Positions 12,971-25,787 of a DNA stretch of 53,005 bases are shown piece after piece (position 1 is the stretch's first letter; each line of letters begins with the position of its first letter). Below the pieces are notes generated by a model. That model saw nothing but the letters and a program-made list of their open reading frames with translations. It did not search any database and was not told the origin of the DNA. The DNA is from Dicyema japonicum (Eukaryota; Animalia; Dicyemida): the NCBI GenBank assembly GCA_011109175.1, contig RDEW01000030.1:26311-79315 (forward strand), read 5' to 3'. Both the position numbers and the translations under genes were made by a program.

Positions 12971-14787
12971 CTTTAAAATTGTTTATTATGAGACAACATA
13001 GAATATGTAAGCCATAACTCTATTCGTGCCGAGTCGAGCCTCGATGCCAGACTCCTCAGACTATTAAGATCTGTTCTGTTCAATGGTCTCAGGTCATAGT
13101 AAAGGACTTCGGGAAACGTTGTACACTGACGACCTCGGAACTTTTCTTTAGATGTTTTGAAGAATTCTTCCATGATGATGAAAATTGTTTAAAAAAAGTA
13201 CTCTGATGTAACATTTGTTCTGACTATAAAATCTTATGGAATCTCAGAACTCATCCTATAATTTCTTCAAATAAACGGAAACCTAATCTCAGCACGCTCA
13301 GGCAACCTTCGAGAACGATGTTGGCTATTCAAACGGATTTTCCTCAAAATCCTTAGGGGAAATAGTCATGCAGTTAAAGATGCGGCCTTCTAACTATTTT
13401 TTGTTTCTTTTTGGTAAATAAATTAAGCACGTTCGTATCAAAGTTGAATTATTATTATCACGAAATTAAACATGGGTAAAAATGAGGGACTATTGAAATA
13501 GTATGGGTCCTGCGTCGAAGGGCCTGGACTCCTCACTGGGGTTCCTCTTCAACCAGTCAATCCTCAGTAAGCCGGGCATACGAAGACAGATCACAACCCT
13601 TCGTATTAAAGGGTGTTATTCTCTCCCTACAAACACCCTCACTGGTCTCAAGAATTTCTACTGGACCTTATTTAACTTCATGTCGGACACCATTCGGTAG
13701 TGAAACTTTATAGCATATATCCTCGTCTTGTATAGGAAATCAAACTTTATCCTCCTCTTCAAGCTAGAAGATAAATCTATCCTCGCATCCATAAGAGTAA
13801 TGGCAAAATTTAACTTCAAAGCATGCGTTGTTAAATATAAAAATTAAGCATAATTCGAAATTACCAATTTATTGAAATGGCCTATATTTTAAGATCAAAT
13901 AAAAATCAAAGTCATCAATCAACATAATTCAAGTATCGTTTAATACATTAAGAAAAAGTCAAACTGAGGTTCAAACGGTACTGCGTGGCTATTCCCTTTC
14001 AGGATGGTGAGACAAATTCGCTCAAATAACCAGCAGTGCTGACAGAGATCTCCAGTGCTTGCTTAAATCCAATTCCATGACATAATTAAATCGATTAAAA
14101 TAATGAAAAAATAATAACTCATTTTAACACTAATGTGAAAAATAAAATTTCGACCTCTTATAACCCAGAGACCTCTCCCTTGTGGTCTCTAACCTACCAT
14201 TTATATTATAAAGATCCCACGTATGGAATTATTTTTCCTGGTTTTTTGCTATCACCTTCAACATCAGAAGCCTCAATGGCTGATCGAAAAAGCACCAACT
14301 ATGTCGGGACCTTGAGAAGTATCGATGTTCAGTCTGTTGTCTTCAAGAGACAGACATAAAGGTCAGAGAAAGACTTGACGAAAGCTTTGGAAACTATTTC
14401 GATAGAGTGTTGTAAAATTATAAAATGGTAGAAATGGTGTACAAATTATAAAAAAATCTTGCAATTAGTGAGTGGTCAGCTGACCACGAGGTAAGATGGA
14501 TGAGATGGTGATGCATTTAAACTACGCGAGATGTTTTATCTCCTCAAAATTAGTATGACCTCTAGCTTCATTTCTTCTTATGTGAATGGACGTCATGATA
14601 TCTCCATAAAGGTCGATTTCTGAAGTATCCTTTTGTCTCCCGTCGGTGGTAAAAATGGTCTCTGATATGATGGTCATCCGTCTTTAGGCATTGTATCGAT
14701 TCACTTTTTAATTAAATAATTTTTTTTATTTTTAATTCTTTAAAGAAATAATAAAAATTTGTTGAATAAAACGCCGCTCTGAATTTT

Positions 14788-15688
14788 ATGGTTTTGTTGC
14801 TTGAGTAATATTTTTAGCCTCTTGCTACTAAAAAAGTCACAAAAGTTAAATAGCTTTGTAAATTACAATAGGCCAGAAAAGCGACGACTTCATCTACGGA
14901 GTTATCTAGAACTGAATCCAAAGAGAGTCTAAAGAAATCTCTTGCCAATCCTAAATCTAAAGAGAGTATAAAGAAGTCTCCCGCCAATTCTAAGCCCAAA
15001 GAGGTTGTAACTTAATTGTACATGAATTATAGTCTAAGAAGGCGTCTAACAAAAAGGCAACTACCGCTAAAGGTAATTTTAATTTTTATGGTTTTAGCTC
15101 CCAGGGGTAGACCACTGACCAAAAAAGGGTCAACACCATCCAATAGCGCCGAAGAAGGAAACCCTAAGAGTGATATTTTCAAGAGCGACGGTACCGTGCT
15201 GGAGTACCAACTTCTTACTGAGAGAGCATTCCCTCCGAAGAGAGCCACTGGAGGGGCTGTTGGGATTGATCTGTGCAGGTTGGTCTTTGGACTCTACTGA
15301 TTCTCAGTGCTTACGAGTATCAAATAAAGTCTGGATGTGTCGTCAGTGTGCGGACAGATTTGAAACTGTCGTTCCCTGAAGGATGCTACGGGAGGATCTG
15401 TCCCCGATCAGGACTAGCACTGAAAAACCGGATTCACGTGTCTGGAGAACTGATTGATGACTCCGATCCTCTAGGAATTACGGTTATAATGGATAATATG
15501 GGAAAGGACCATTTTTCTGGTTTTTTTGTTAAATATTCTAGTCGGACGAGGTGATAGGATAGCTCAAATTGTCGTTGAACGAGCAATGACTCCTGATATT
15601 GTCGAGACCGTTTGCATTCGTTAATATTTCCTAGAAAATTGAGAATACTGAGAGAGGGGAAGGCGGCTTCGGTTCGACGGGAGTCTAA
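14788..15688 (+). CDS. DUT: dUTPase-family protein with a Lys-rich N-terminal extension; 7 introns
   Basis: VGIDLCSA, GRICPRSGLA, GDRIAQ and RGEGGFGSTG*; open frame after removing GT-AG introns of 22-29 nt; first exon is the ATG alone. Confidence 0.9.
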
Positions 15689-18444
15689 CCTGTCTTTTTT
15701 TGATTTTGTGGACTTTATCCTTTAATTTTTTTTCTTTGACTATTTTTATTAGATCAGTATTATCTGTAAATTACCTAATATCAAATAAAGCTTACTGAAA
15801 CGATTGAAGGATCCCCAGACACCAAAAATCTGGTCTCCACGAGTGATCCCAGAGTACGTTGTCATCAGGGTAAACAGCCATATCAGTCCTCATATTGGCT
15901 GGACTAGGTTGCCAAGACAAAAATATATTTAAAAACGGTCCCCAGCGGGACTCCCACTTGACTGTAACCTCTATGCAGTACGTAGTTCATCTGGTTCTTT
16001 AAGAAGCTGGAGATCCACCATTTTAGCTCCAGGGAGACTCCCGCTTCAGCAAAGGCCATCATACCATGCCAGTCGAACGCCCTTTCAACATCTAAGAACA
16101 GCATCACAGTGCAGTGTTTCATTTATGATTGATGACTAATCTGAGTTCAATGAGGCAATCATCAAAGAAAGGATCGCTAGTCATTTAATTATTTGATTTA
16201 TTCTTAATCTAGTAAAATTGAGAAATTTAAAATATCCTATTCTTCATATTCTGATCGTCTGTAAAGAGTTTCTTAATTGAGTGGACGGAAATTATTCGCC
16301 ACGAATAACTTTCTAGTTTGAGGCCTCCGAAATATAGGCATCGTTTCAAAGATTTATGTGACACTAACAGCTACAGTGATGGTAAACGGGGAAAAATAAG
16401 AGACTGAAAAATTAGTGCTGCACATTGTCAAAGGAGAAATACCTATTAATAATCATAGGAAATTATTGTCAGGGTCGATCGATAATCATTATTAATGACT
16501 CATTAATAATCCTAAAAAGTGGTCTCATCACAGATCCGACCTGTTTTCTTCATTCCTCTTAGTTTCGCGCTTATAGAGAATTTTCACGAATGACTACTAT
16601 TTATTAAGAGAAGGACACGACCATTAGGCGATCTCCTAGTAATTCAAAGGAATAACGAAGGAGACCTGATCCAACATGATCAGGAAAAATTCGACTCCAA
16701 CGAGCTTGTGTGAGATCGAGAGAGGAGCATAGAGCCAAGCTGAGAACCTGAATTAAATTTGTCTGGATCACTTAGTTTAAAAGTGGTTTTGGAATAAAGA
16801 TTTGATTTGACACCGGTTTCCCTTACAAAAGGAAATGAACTTCCGGTGTTGCTTATTTATTTGAGAATCAAAAAAATAAATAATTAAGTGATCAAAGCTT
16901 CCAATAATCAGTATGATGAAAGTCACAAGTGCGTCGTATATAATTCAGAGAATCTTCTGTTTACTGGATATAGGAATAGGGGTGTAACAAATGTACACTT
17001 CAGTCTCACATTTGGACTTCATATCCGGAGTAGATCATCTGCGTCTTCTAATGTCATTTTGCCGCAGACATTGTAAGAGAGTTAATACTACGACCCATGG
17101 GGTAGCCGCAAGGGATGGGGATCTGTTTTTAGCGACGATAATAGTATCTTTTGCATAAGCTAGGAACAACAAGTCTGGATTGACAAGTTGAATAATGCAG
17201 AGGTCAGTGAGGATCATTGTGGTGAGCCGTTTGGCAAAAAGTGAGATACTGAATTGAGGTTACCACGTCGACCTGAAAAAACTGCTTAGCCACAACTTTA
17301 TATTCGGATAAATACAAGTCTCAAAAATCTTTTTTGTCAACATAGTCCTCGAGACATAATCGAATGCCTTTTGTATGTCCACAGAGACCAAGGCTAATGG
17401 CACTTTGAACATTTTGCATGTAAGAGAGACCGGGCAGTACAAAGAATGGTCATCTTTTGACTTTCATGTTTGCAAAATAAGGGCGTGATCAAGGAATTCT
17501 TTCAGATATTTGGGAGAACGTGAATGCCGATAAAGTAGTCGTACAAATCCGTAAATACAGCCTTAGCTCGCGGGCAGAGATGGTTGAAATAGATCAATGA
17601 TATCCCGTAAAGGTCTCATTTATGAATTGCGTGTAGTGAAACGATGAAATTACTCACCCCAACCGGGGTGAAGAAGGTAATCGAAGGTGTGGGTTTTTGG
17701 ATTGCAATACTTTATCCGAACAAAACAAAGTCCTTATGACTGATCCCGACATAGTCATTTCTTAATTCATCATGAACGGTCGGTAAAATTGTCCTTGGTC
17801 GATCACGGAAACGCAGAGCGACCAGAACAGAGTAGTCCTTTACAGCCACGTTTGTGAGGGTCCCCAGGTCCAGACAAAATACATGTCAAAACTTCTCCAT
17901 CTTGCCTCCGGGATCTCCCTGACATTGAAAGTCTAGAGGGAGAGGTCTAGTCATAAATTCCGTGCTTACCAGACATAATGTTCAAGAGCCACGTCATAAG
18001 CTCAGCCTAAGAAAAGATGATTATTATAATGCACATTCACAATAAGAAGGTTATATCCTTCCGTCGCTTGTGCTACCTCCATTATGATCCGGTCTGTTAG
18101 ATTCCTCCACACTTTTCTTAAGATTTCGATTTTTCGGCTGTCTAGATCATCTGCGTCTTCTAATGTCACTTTAACATGTTTTAGATTATTGATGTCAAAG
18201 TTGTTAGTGCCTTCTTTCTAAAAGCCCCTGAGCAGAAGAAGTATGATTCCATAACTTCATAAGTAGGAACGGCATAATTCATCCGTAATGTGCCCAAATA
18301 ATCCCCTTCGGGTCTTATTACTGGGGGTTTTGTATCCAAGTTTTTCGATTTAAAAACTGTGTATATGTCTTGGTTTTGATAAGTACGATATCTCATTGGC
18401 GTGTTTTATACATACGTGCAAATGAGAGAAGTCACCACCTCCCA

Positions 18445-19818
18445 AATAAAAAAAGAAGATTAGTTAGTTAAAGCACATTCGCGTTACCAGTAAACACTGT
18501 TTATGGTTTCGCTTGTGCAATGTTTTTCGATTATCCTTTCCGTTAGTCCTTTCCGTCATTTTCATTGTCGTGCTCGTCCCCTAATTTCGTCCAGATCAGC
18601 TGCGTCCATCAGTCGGCCCCCGATCACTGCATAATCCTGCTTAAGTATCCTTGGAAAACAACTTCTTGGACATCCTCTAAATGCAGGAGATACAGTATGG
18701 CCTAAAAATTCTTCCACGGCGGCATTGCATGGTGTCTGTTCACCCATCCTAGAATATGTTCAAAAAGGTGCCAACGGACTTCAAGTACGTTCAGGATTAT
18801 TGGTCCACAATCAGTCAGTCTGTATAATTTATTGTTTGAGATTTTCTATGGCCAAGAGGATCCAAGAAGTTTTCTTAGTTGGCCTCTGTGAATAGAGTCA
18901 AATTGTTCCATGTCTTTCTTCGATGTTCCCCAAATACCTGTGTTGCACATGAGGACTGGTCAGACAAATCCATTATATTAGCGTAACCGCATCTTAGTAG
19001 GAATTTGATTTTTCTAATCAGAATGGATTTATAATTTTTTAGTGCTATTGTGGCCAATATCTTTCTTCCTGTGATATCTCCTGAATGGCCAAGTAACGAT
19101 CCAGTTTTCATGTTTTCCTCCACTTCTCCTCGACGCGGTTTGGCGTTCTTTTAATAGTGGTTATTTCAGTTTTGTCTTCATTGACTTTGAGGGACCATTT
19201 ACTCAAGATTGTTTTCGATTTCTCCATAATAACGACTATAAATTCCCGATCTTCCACGACAAAATCGACGTCATCAGCGTAAATGAGTTCCATAAAGTGG
19301 TTGTCCAGAATTTGTTCTCTTGGATCTCTCAAAGCTGCCTCCAGGTAGATGATAAATAATACAGGAGATAAAGTGTCTCCCAGTGTGGTTCCAACATTGG
19401 TAGAAAAAGGTCTAGACTTTTCAGAGCCAACTCTGACGAGTAATTCAGATTCAGATAATAGCATATGTATCATGCGCAGACTGTCTTCGTAGACAACGTC
19501 TTTCAACATGGTAAGTAGTTTACTCCTGTTGATAATGTCAAAAGACTTGCTCATGTCGATTCCCAGGATATGAAAGGATCGTTTGTACTTCTGACATTTT
19601 GCAGTAATCCAGCGATGGCTTAAAACAACATCAGCCGTGGATCTTCCAGGCCTGAAACCACTCTGACCGCAAGAGAGATATTGATCAACGACATTGATAT
19701 ACGGCCTCAAACAATAGTCAATAGAGTTTTCCTTAGAGTGGTGACTAGCACAATAGGTCTCAAGCTTCCGAAGAGTCCTCGTCTTTTGCCCGGTTTAGGA
19801 ACAGGTATCAATTTTCCG
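18445..19818 (-). mobile_element. RTE LINE, duplicate of 1578-3160
   Basis: Same RT motifs, YADDVDF. Confidence 0.88.
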
Positions 19819-19824
19819 GATGAT

Positions 19825-21152
19825 TAGCTGGAATTTTAATTTATTTATTTAACACCCAAGACCACGGTAAAACCAAAACTAACTATCACGTGATCCCGAT
19901 GCGCTCCGCCAAAATCCTCATTCTTTCCCGATGCTCCTCCCTCGTACCCACACAAGCTCGTACAGCTGGCGGCTGACTGTATTTGCAGGGCCACCTTCCC
20001 GCATCCCGGAGTTTTGTTTAATGAGGGCCTCCAGAGTAGTCGGTCCGGTTCTGTGTCTTCCACAAGACCACAGCTTCGTCATTCTGAAAGTCTTCTTTTG
20101 AACGTCCTCAATCTTAGTGTTCGTCCATGATAATGAAGGTCCCCACGAAGCACACGCGTACGAGAACATGGATCGATGTATTGCTTGTAAATGTTCACAA
20201 AACTGGGTGGTTACCTGACTTCCATATTCCAGATAAAAATTTTAATACATTTATCGTCTTCTCGCACTTCAGAACAATGTTTGCCAAGTGTGGTTACAAA
20301 CATAGGTGTGTATTTTGTATCACTCTCAGGATCTTCTGACATTTGGTGAAGGGGATTTTAATTTTGTCCGATTTTAACTTGGCAGTCATCTTCAACAACC
20401 TTTTTTCCGAAGTAAACATAGACATGACCGACTTTCTGGAATTTATGGTGAGTTGGTTCTTCATTACCCAGGCGTTGAGTCGATCCAGGTTAATTTGTAA
20501 TCTTTCTGTAGCATTATGGATATCCCGATCACGCTAAGCCAAAACAATGTCGTCCGCATATGTGAGTAGAACATCGTTATTGGATTCCGGTGTCGGCAGG
20601 TATAAATTGAATAAGCCGGGGATAAAAGAGATCCTTGGGGGACACAGTTTGGGAGAAGACGTGAGACTGATTTCAGTCCTCCGAGGCATACACGTCCTCT
20701 TCGTCCACTTAAGAAATTTGTTATCTAAAGTTTAAGCTTCCCCGGGATTTCGGACTGGAAAATTTTCTTTGATAATATTTTTCTCGAAATAGAATCAAAG
20801 GCCTTGTTAATATCAATGAACATAAGACTGTTTCAAATGCCTTGGTTTGTTTGAAAAACCATCTCTAATGAAGTTGGTTAATTTCTGTAGGTACGTTGAT
20901 GTAGAACAATCGCTCTTGAATCCGTGTTGAAAATCCTTTTCTGGTAAGAAAGCCTTGATTCTCCCAAGCACAAGCCTTTCCAGGATTTTCGATATGGAAC
21001 ATAACAATGACACAGGTCTAAATGATGCTGGATCTTCCTTAGGTTTCCAAGTTTCAGTATAGGTCGGATGTTGGCTTGCTTCCATAACAACGGTATTACA
21101 TTACAATTAATTGAATAGTTATATACCGACGTTAGAAAACCGACTCCAATAT
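19825..21152 (-). mobile_element. Vingi/Ingi-like LINE, a different subfamily from 3178-4730
   Basis: SFRPVSLL, QHGFK, YADD and YACASW motifs; 3' stem gggatcacg/cgtggtctt. Confidence 0.82.
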
Positions 21153-21306
21153 CGTGCCTATCCTTGATAACCACGAGGATTCTACGTTGGGCGCTTTTTG
21201 TCATTCCGGATCTCTGCGATTGGAATAATAATTAAATTAAGATTAATTTACTTGGTCTGATTTTTAATAAATAAATAATTTAAAATTTAAAGTAAATTAA
21301 AAAATT

Positions 21307-21959
21307 ATGTCTATTGCTGTTGTGTGTTCCAGCAACCAAAATAGAAGTATGGAGGCTCATGCCTTTTTACAGTAATATAAAGGTTTCATTTAGAGAAAAA
21401 ATGGCTATCAAGTTAGTTCATTCGGTACAGGAAAGCGAGTGAGGCTTCCTGGTCCCAGTATTGATCAACCAAATGTTTATGGATTCGATGTCACCTATGA
21501 CGAGATCTACAAGGATTTAATAGCAAAGGACAAAATGTTGTACACTCAAAATGGCCTCCTCAGCATGCTCCGACGGAATCGCAGAATCAAACCAAATCCT
21601 CAGCGTTTTCAAGATTTTCCTAAAAAATTTGACTACATAATCACGTGCGATGACTTTGTCTTTGGTCAGGTCATGGAAGGTTCTGTGATTTATCTATTCT
21701 ATCAGATCTCAGTTCTAGGAGTTTCAACATGGACACTGAACTGATAAAATCCTACGTAATAAACGTGCCTATCATTGATAACCACGAGGATTCTACGTTG
21801 GGCGCTTTTGTCATTTCGGATCTCTGCGATTCGGTTTGTTTGGCCTGATCATCTTAGATTTTTGCGAGTAAAGACTTTGATCGTGAAGCTGACTCCATTA
21901 TTGAGGAGTATCGTGCCAGAACAGGTCTTAATATTTTTTATGGAGCTTGCTTTTATTGA
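21307..21959 (+). CDS. SSU72: RNA Pol II CTD phosphatase Ssu72; 3 introns (24, 26, 24 nt)
   Basis: [13 protein letters not shown] active-site loop, SFGTG, VRLPGPS, RNRRIK and IDNHEDS; ends ACFY*. Confidence 0.97.
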
Positions 21960-22254
21960 TTTTATGTATATATCTTGTCTTTATTAGATTTTTATGTACG
22001 TTACACTTAATTTGTGTGTCTGGAAAAAGTCTATTGTAGACATAAGACAGTTTTTTGTGTCATGGTTGTTACGATTTATTAAGCATCGATTTAAAAAAAA
22101 ATGTTGATTCGTTGGGCGGATTGGTGGTTTTGGACAAAGCTACTTAGTCAATTTTTACCTTTTTTGTCGCAGTGTAACGAATGCCGGGTAAAAGGTTTTA
22201 TGGTCCCTAATTAGAATCTCGTTGCTGTACATGAAGGTTAACAGTATCTACGAT

Positions 22255-22450
22255 GCTTTGGTTTGACAAGTGACGCTGTCATCAGTGAACATCTCAGTGA
22301 AGAACCGGATAGTCTAAAAAAAAACTCACATCCAAAAAGAAAAAAAAGTGAAGAGAATTCCTTGGTTCTCCCTCATCGACTGTTTTTTATTTAAAATAAA
22401 GTGCGTGTTCTGCCCTGGAGCCAATACGGGCCTTCGTAAGGTGCAGTATT
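22255..22450 (+). mobile_element. SINE-like family 2 copy
   Basis: gctttgg...gtcatcagtgaacatctca head shared with the other copies. Confidence 0.78.
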
Positions 22451-23269
22451 TATTTTTATTTTTGTCCAAGTTTAGGCATTATAGGTTTAAATCTAAAAAA
22501 AATTAATTGGTTGAAACATTTACTAGATTGATTGCAGCACTTGCCAGATTGAATAAGAAAAATATTGATTTAACAAGATTGCTCGCAACAGTTGAGCAGG
22601 AAACACTAAAATAATTAATTGGTAGTCTTTGAGCAGACCGATACTTTAGGTTTGTATAGAATAGGTTTGTGCCCCAAGCCGCACAGCAGTAGCTAATTGT
22701 CAGTTGAATGTATTGCGTATAAAGGTGGCTTTGGGAATTCCTCGGACATCAGTGAGCAATGTAATTCGCACATACTTGCGCGAAGGCCGCATCAAAGATT
22801 GTTTGTTACTCTGAATTTTTGATTGTTTTAAAATAAATACTTTGGTTTTTTAATTTTTTGAAAATTTTGCTTTAAAAAAATATAATGACTTATTTGAAGT
22901 TGAAGGTGACTTGTTTGAAAGCGAAGGTGACTCGTATGAAATGGACAACGACTTAATTGATTTGGAAAACGACTAATATGAAGTGGAAACGCTGTAATCA
23001 AAAATGTCAAAAATTGCATTATAACTTCTTAACTACTTCACTTCTTAAAGGTATAATATCTTTAAACAATTTTTACATATTTTAACTCATTAATAAAAAA
23101 GGACCCTTCCCTAAAAAATGACATTGCCCTACACATAACACAATGTTTTATATTTTGCAAAATAATAATACGAGCATACATTCATCTCCACGTGGAGCAC
23201 TTGTGGCTATTGGTCTTTCATAGTTATTATTATTGCTATTTAGTTGATTTGGTAATTGGTATTCCAGAT

Positions 23270-23858
23270 GTAAAGATGGGGGAGTTTCTTAGAAGCGGCA
23301 TTTTATTATTCCGAAAATCTCGTTGCAATAAAAGATATAGTAAACAATTTTGAAAACGATGGGATTTTAGTTGCAAATGTGAAGCAATCAATAATAAAAA
23401 TTTGTTTCATGAACTTTTTGAAATTGCGAATTATAACTGGCTAAAATCTAACTTGGAAAAAGTTGCAAAACTCACGGTATTCAATCAAAGAAAGTTATGC
23501 AGATTTTGAAAAGATCAGTTATATTTCTGTAAAGGGGGATATTGCAATTAATTTTATTGAAAGGTATGAGAAGAATGATTTAATGAATGCTGTTAAAATT
23601 ACTAACAAATCAATAAATCCAATGGCATATTGCAACCTTCTAAAATATCCCGCTATTTCAATTGCAGTGGAACAATCCTTCTCCCGTTTGAAAAAACAGA
23701 TGTCTAAAAATAGAAATTTCAATGAAAACAATATTGAAAAATATTTCATGCTAAATTATAATTTCTCTAACAATACATAGTTTTCATTAATTTCCATATA
23801 AATTGTCCTAAAATTATTTGTCCTGTTTTCTTAAGATGTCCTATTATTTCCGCCCTAC
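23270..23858 (+). mobile_element. hAT-like transposase C-terminal remnant
   Basis: KYPAISIAVEQSFSRLK dimerization-like motif; ends gccctac. Confidence 0.7.
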
Positions 23859-24107
23859 CCTATCACTAAAAGTAAAGTAAGTCAAAAGGTTGCGCTCTCA
23901 GAGATCGGCCAAATTGGTCTGGAGGAAAATTGAAGACAGACCATCAGTTTCTTATAACTGAGACGTTGGTACGCTGTACCAAGTAATAATAGCACAGGCG
24001 GCATTGATATTTACGAATCTCAGTTAGACAATCTTAATTGCATTGATAATTAATATCGATTGAGAGTAAACCACGAAAATAAAATTTGAGAGAAAAACCA
24101 GTTAATA

Positions 24108-25162
24108 TTAAATAGATTCTCCTTTAAGCGACGAACCAATGCCATAACTAGAAATCTTTTCCCAGTCAATCTTGCATTTTGTAATCGGAAGAGTTTTCCT
24201 CAGCGACTTGAAGCATTCGGAGGACAATTCTCCAAACTTTTGGTTCAGTTGATTCTGGAATTCATTTTCCGCACATTTTATGTAATTTACGACCACATAC
24301 ACCAAATCATCACCCTGATAAATTTAACGGTTAAAAGTACTTTTTCGAACGAATACGAGAATTCTCGGCCACAGTACAACTGCACATTGCCATCTTCCAT
24401 ATAATGAGTCCTTCCGTTTATCTTTCCCTTCAAATGAAACCCATTTTCGAGGGAAAGGAACCAATGAGACTTTAGCAATCCACTCCTAAAAGTTACAAAA
24501 CGAACAAACCAAAAGTTATTAGAGCTGTGCTGAGAAGACGATATGCAAATGTTGACTTGGTTCTCACTTCCGACAACCAGAGAAGTTCCCTCGTCATAAT
24601 GGGAAGTCACGTAACTAGCAACTTCATTTTGGAGGGATTTAACAAACTCCGAGCAGGAAAAGTGGTAGCTATTGACATTGTCAACCTTTAAACTCAAAGG
24701 ATCGACTCTACGGGTTAGACAGTGAGCCAACCTGAAAGAAATATCCCGCACAGGATCGAAATAGATGCTCTTGTCTTGATCAATCAAATTATAGCATGTC
24801 ATAAGAACACGGTGGTCGTTTACAGTGCACGTGGAAAAGCTGTCTTGGTGAAATTTTTGGAATGTCCTGAGAATTTAAACCCAACTGAAAACTCTGGGAA
24901 AAATTGTCTGGTCTGTGAAGTATCTGAGAGAACGTCGAGGTCTAGAAATTCAAATCAAGGCAAAGGTACCATTGAGAATGTAAAGACTCTGTCCTGGAGG
25001 ACAAGAAGACACAATGCTTTCAATTATGGGCTAAAAATCAGCCTTAAAGGGAAATTTGGATTTATTGCGTGCAAACAGTAAATTGTGCTGACTTAACTAC
25101 AGTAATTCACAAATAATGCAGCTCTATTTTATTTTATTTACCTGCAAGTCAGAGTTAGCCAT
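24108..25162 (-). CDS. CAPZA: F-actin capping protein subunit alpha; 6 introns
   Basis: CPPGQ, YFDP, HYMEDGNVQL and FKSLRKTLPITKCKIDWEKI motifs. Confidence 0.95.
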
Positions 25163-25787
25163 TAAAGGAAAATAGTTGTCAAATTAAATTTTATTTATTT
25201 TAATTTTATTTTTAGCCAACAAATTAATCAACAATTTAATTAAATATTAAGTTTATATTTACTTCACAAAATTTAACAAAAAATCTATTATTAACTCTTC
25301 ATTAAAATTTTAAACTTCCTAGGTCTTATAAACTAGTAAGCAGCTTTCGTGATAGAGAACATATTCCTCTTACAATTTTTGCGGAAATTTCTCAACTGTT
25401 TCTCTTCCTTTTGTTATCAAGCAGGTAGTAAGATTAATTATGGAATCCGAGGTTTTACTTTGTCTTTAATTTCTTAATTTGGATGAAATATTTGCTTTAT
25501 TCCCTTATTTGTACTTTATATTGTTAGTTTGTGGGATCTTTTTTCGACTTTTTAGAAGGTTAACTGAATCCGAGAATTATTAAACTTTATTATTAAACAA
25601 TCAATCAATTCCAATATTTACATCATGAATTATTGATTACATACTTTGTGTCATTTGTGAGTGATAAATCTTTAAGAATTCGCTAATTTTACTTATTGGA
25701 AATCCTTTGAAGAGCTCATCGAAAATAGTGTAATCGGTAGGGGGCTTTTAGAATTATTTAGAACATTAGAAATCTAAGATATATATT

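Larger units (their letters stand above)
16883..21770. repeat. Segmental duplication copy B
   Basis: Starts attaagtgatcaaagc, as window position 1 does. Identity ends at ...aaacgtgcct inside SSU72. Confidence 0.95.

Noticed and set aside
14135-14359. piggyBac-like NYVGTLR remnant
   Set aside because: A single short motif with no TIR or TTAA support.
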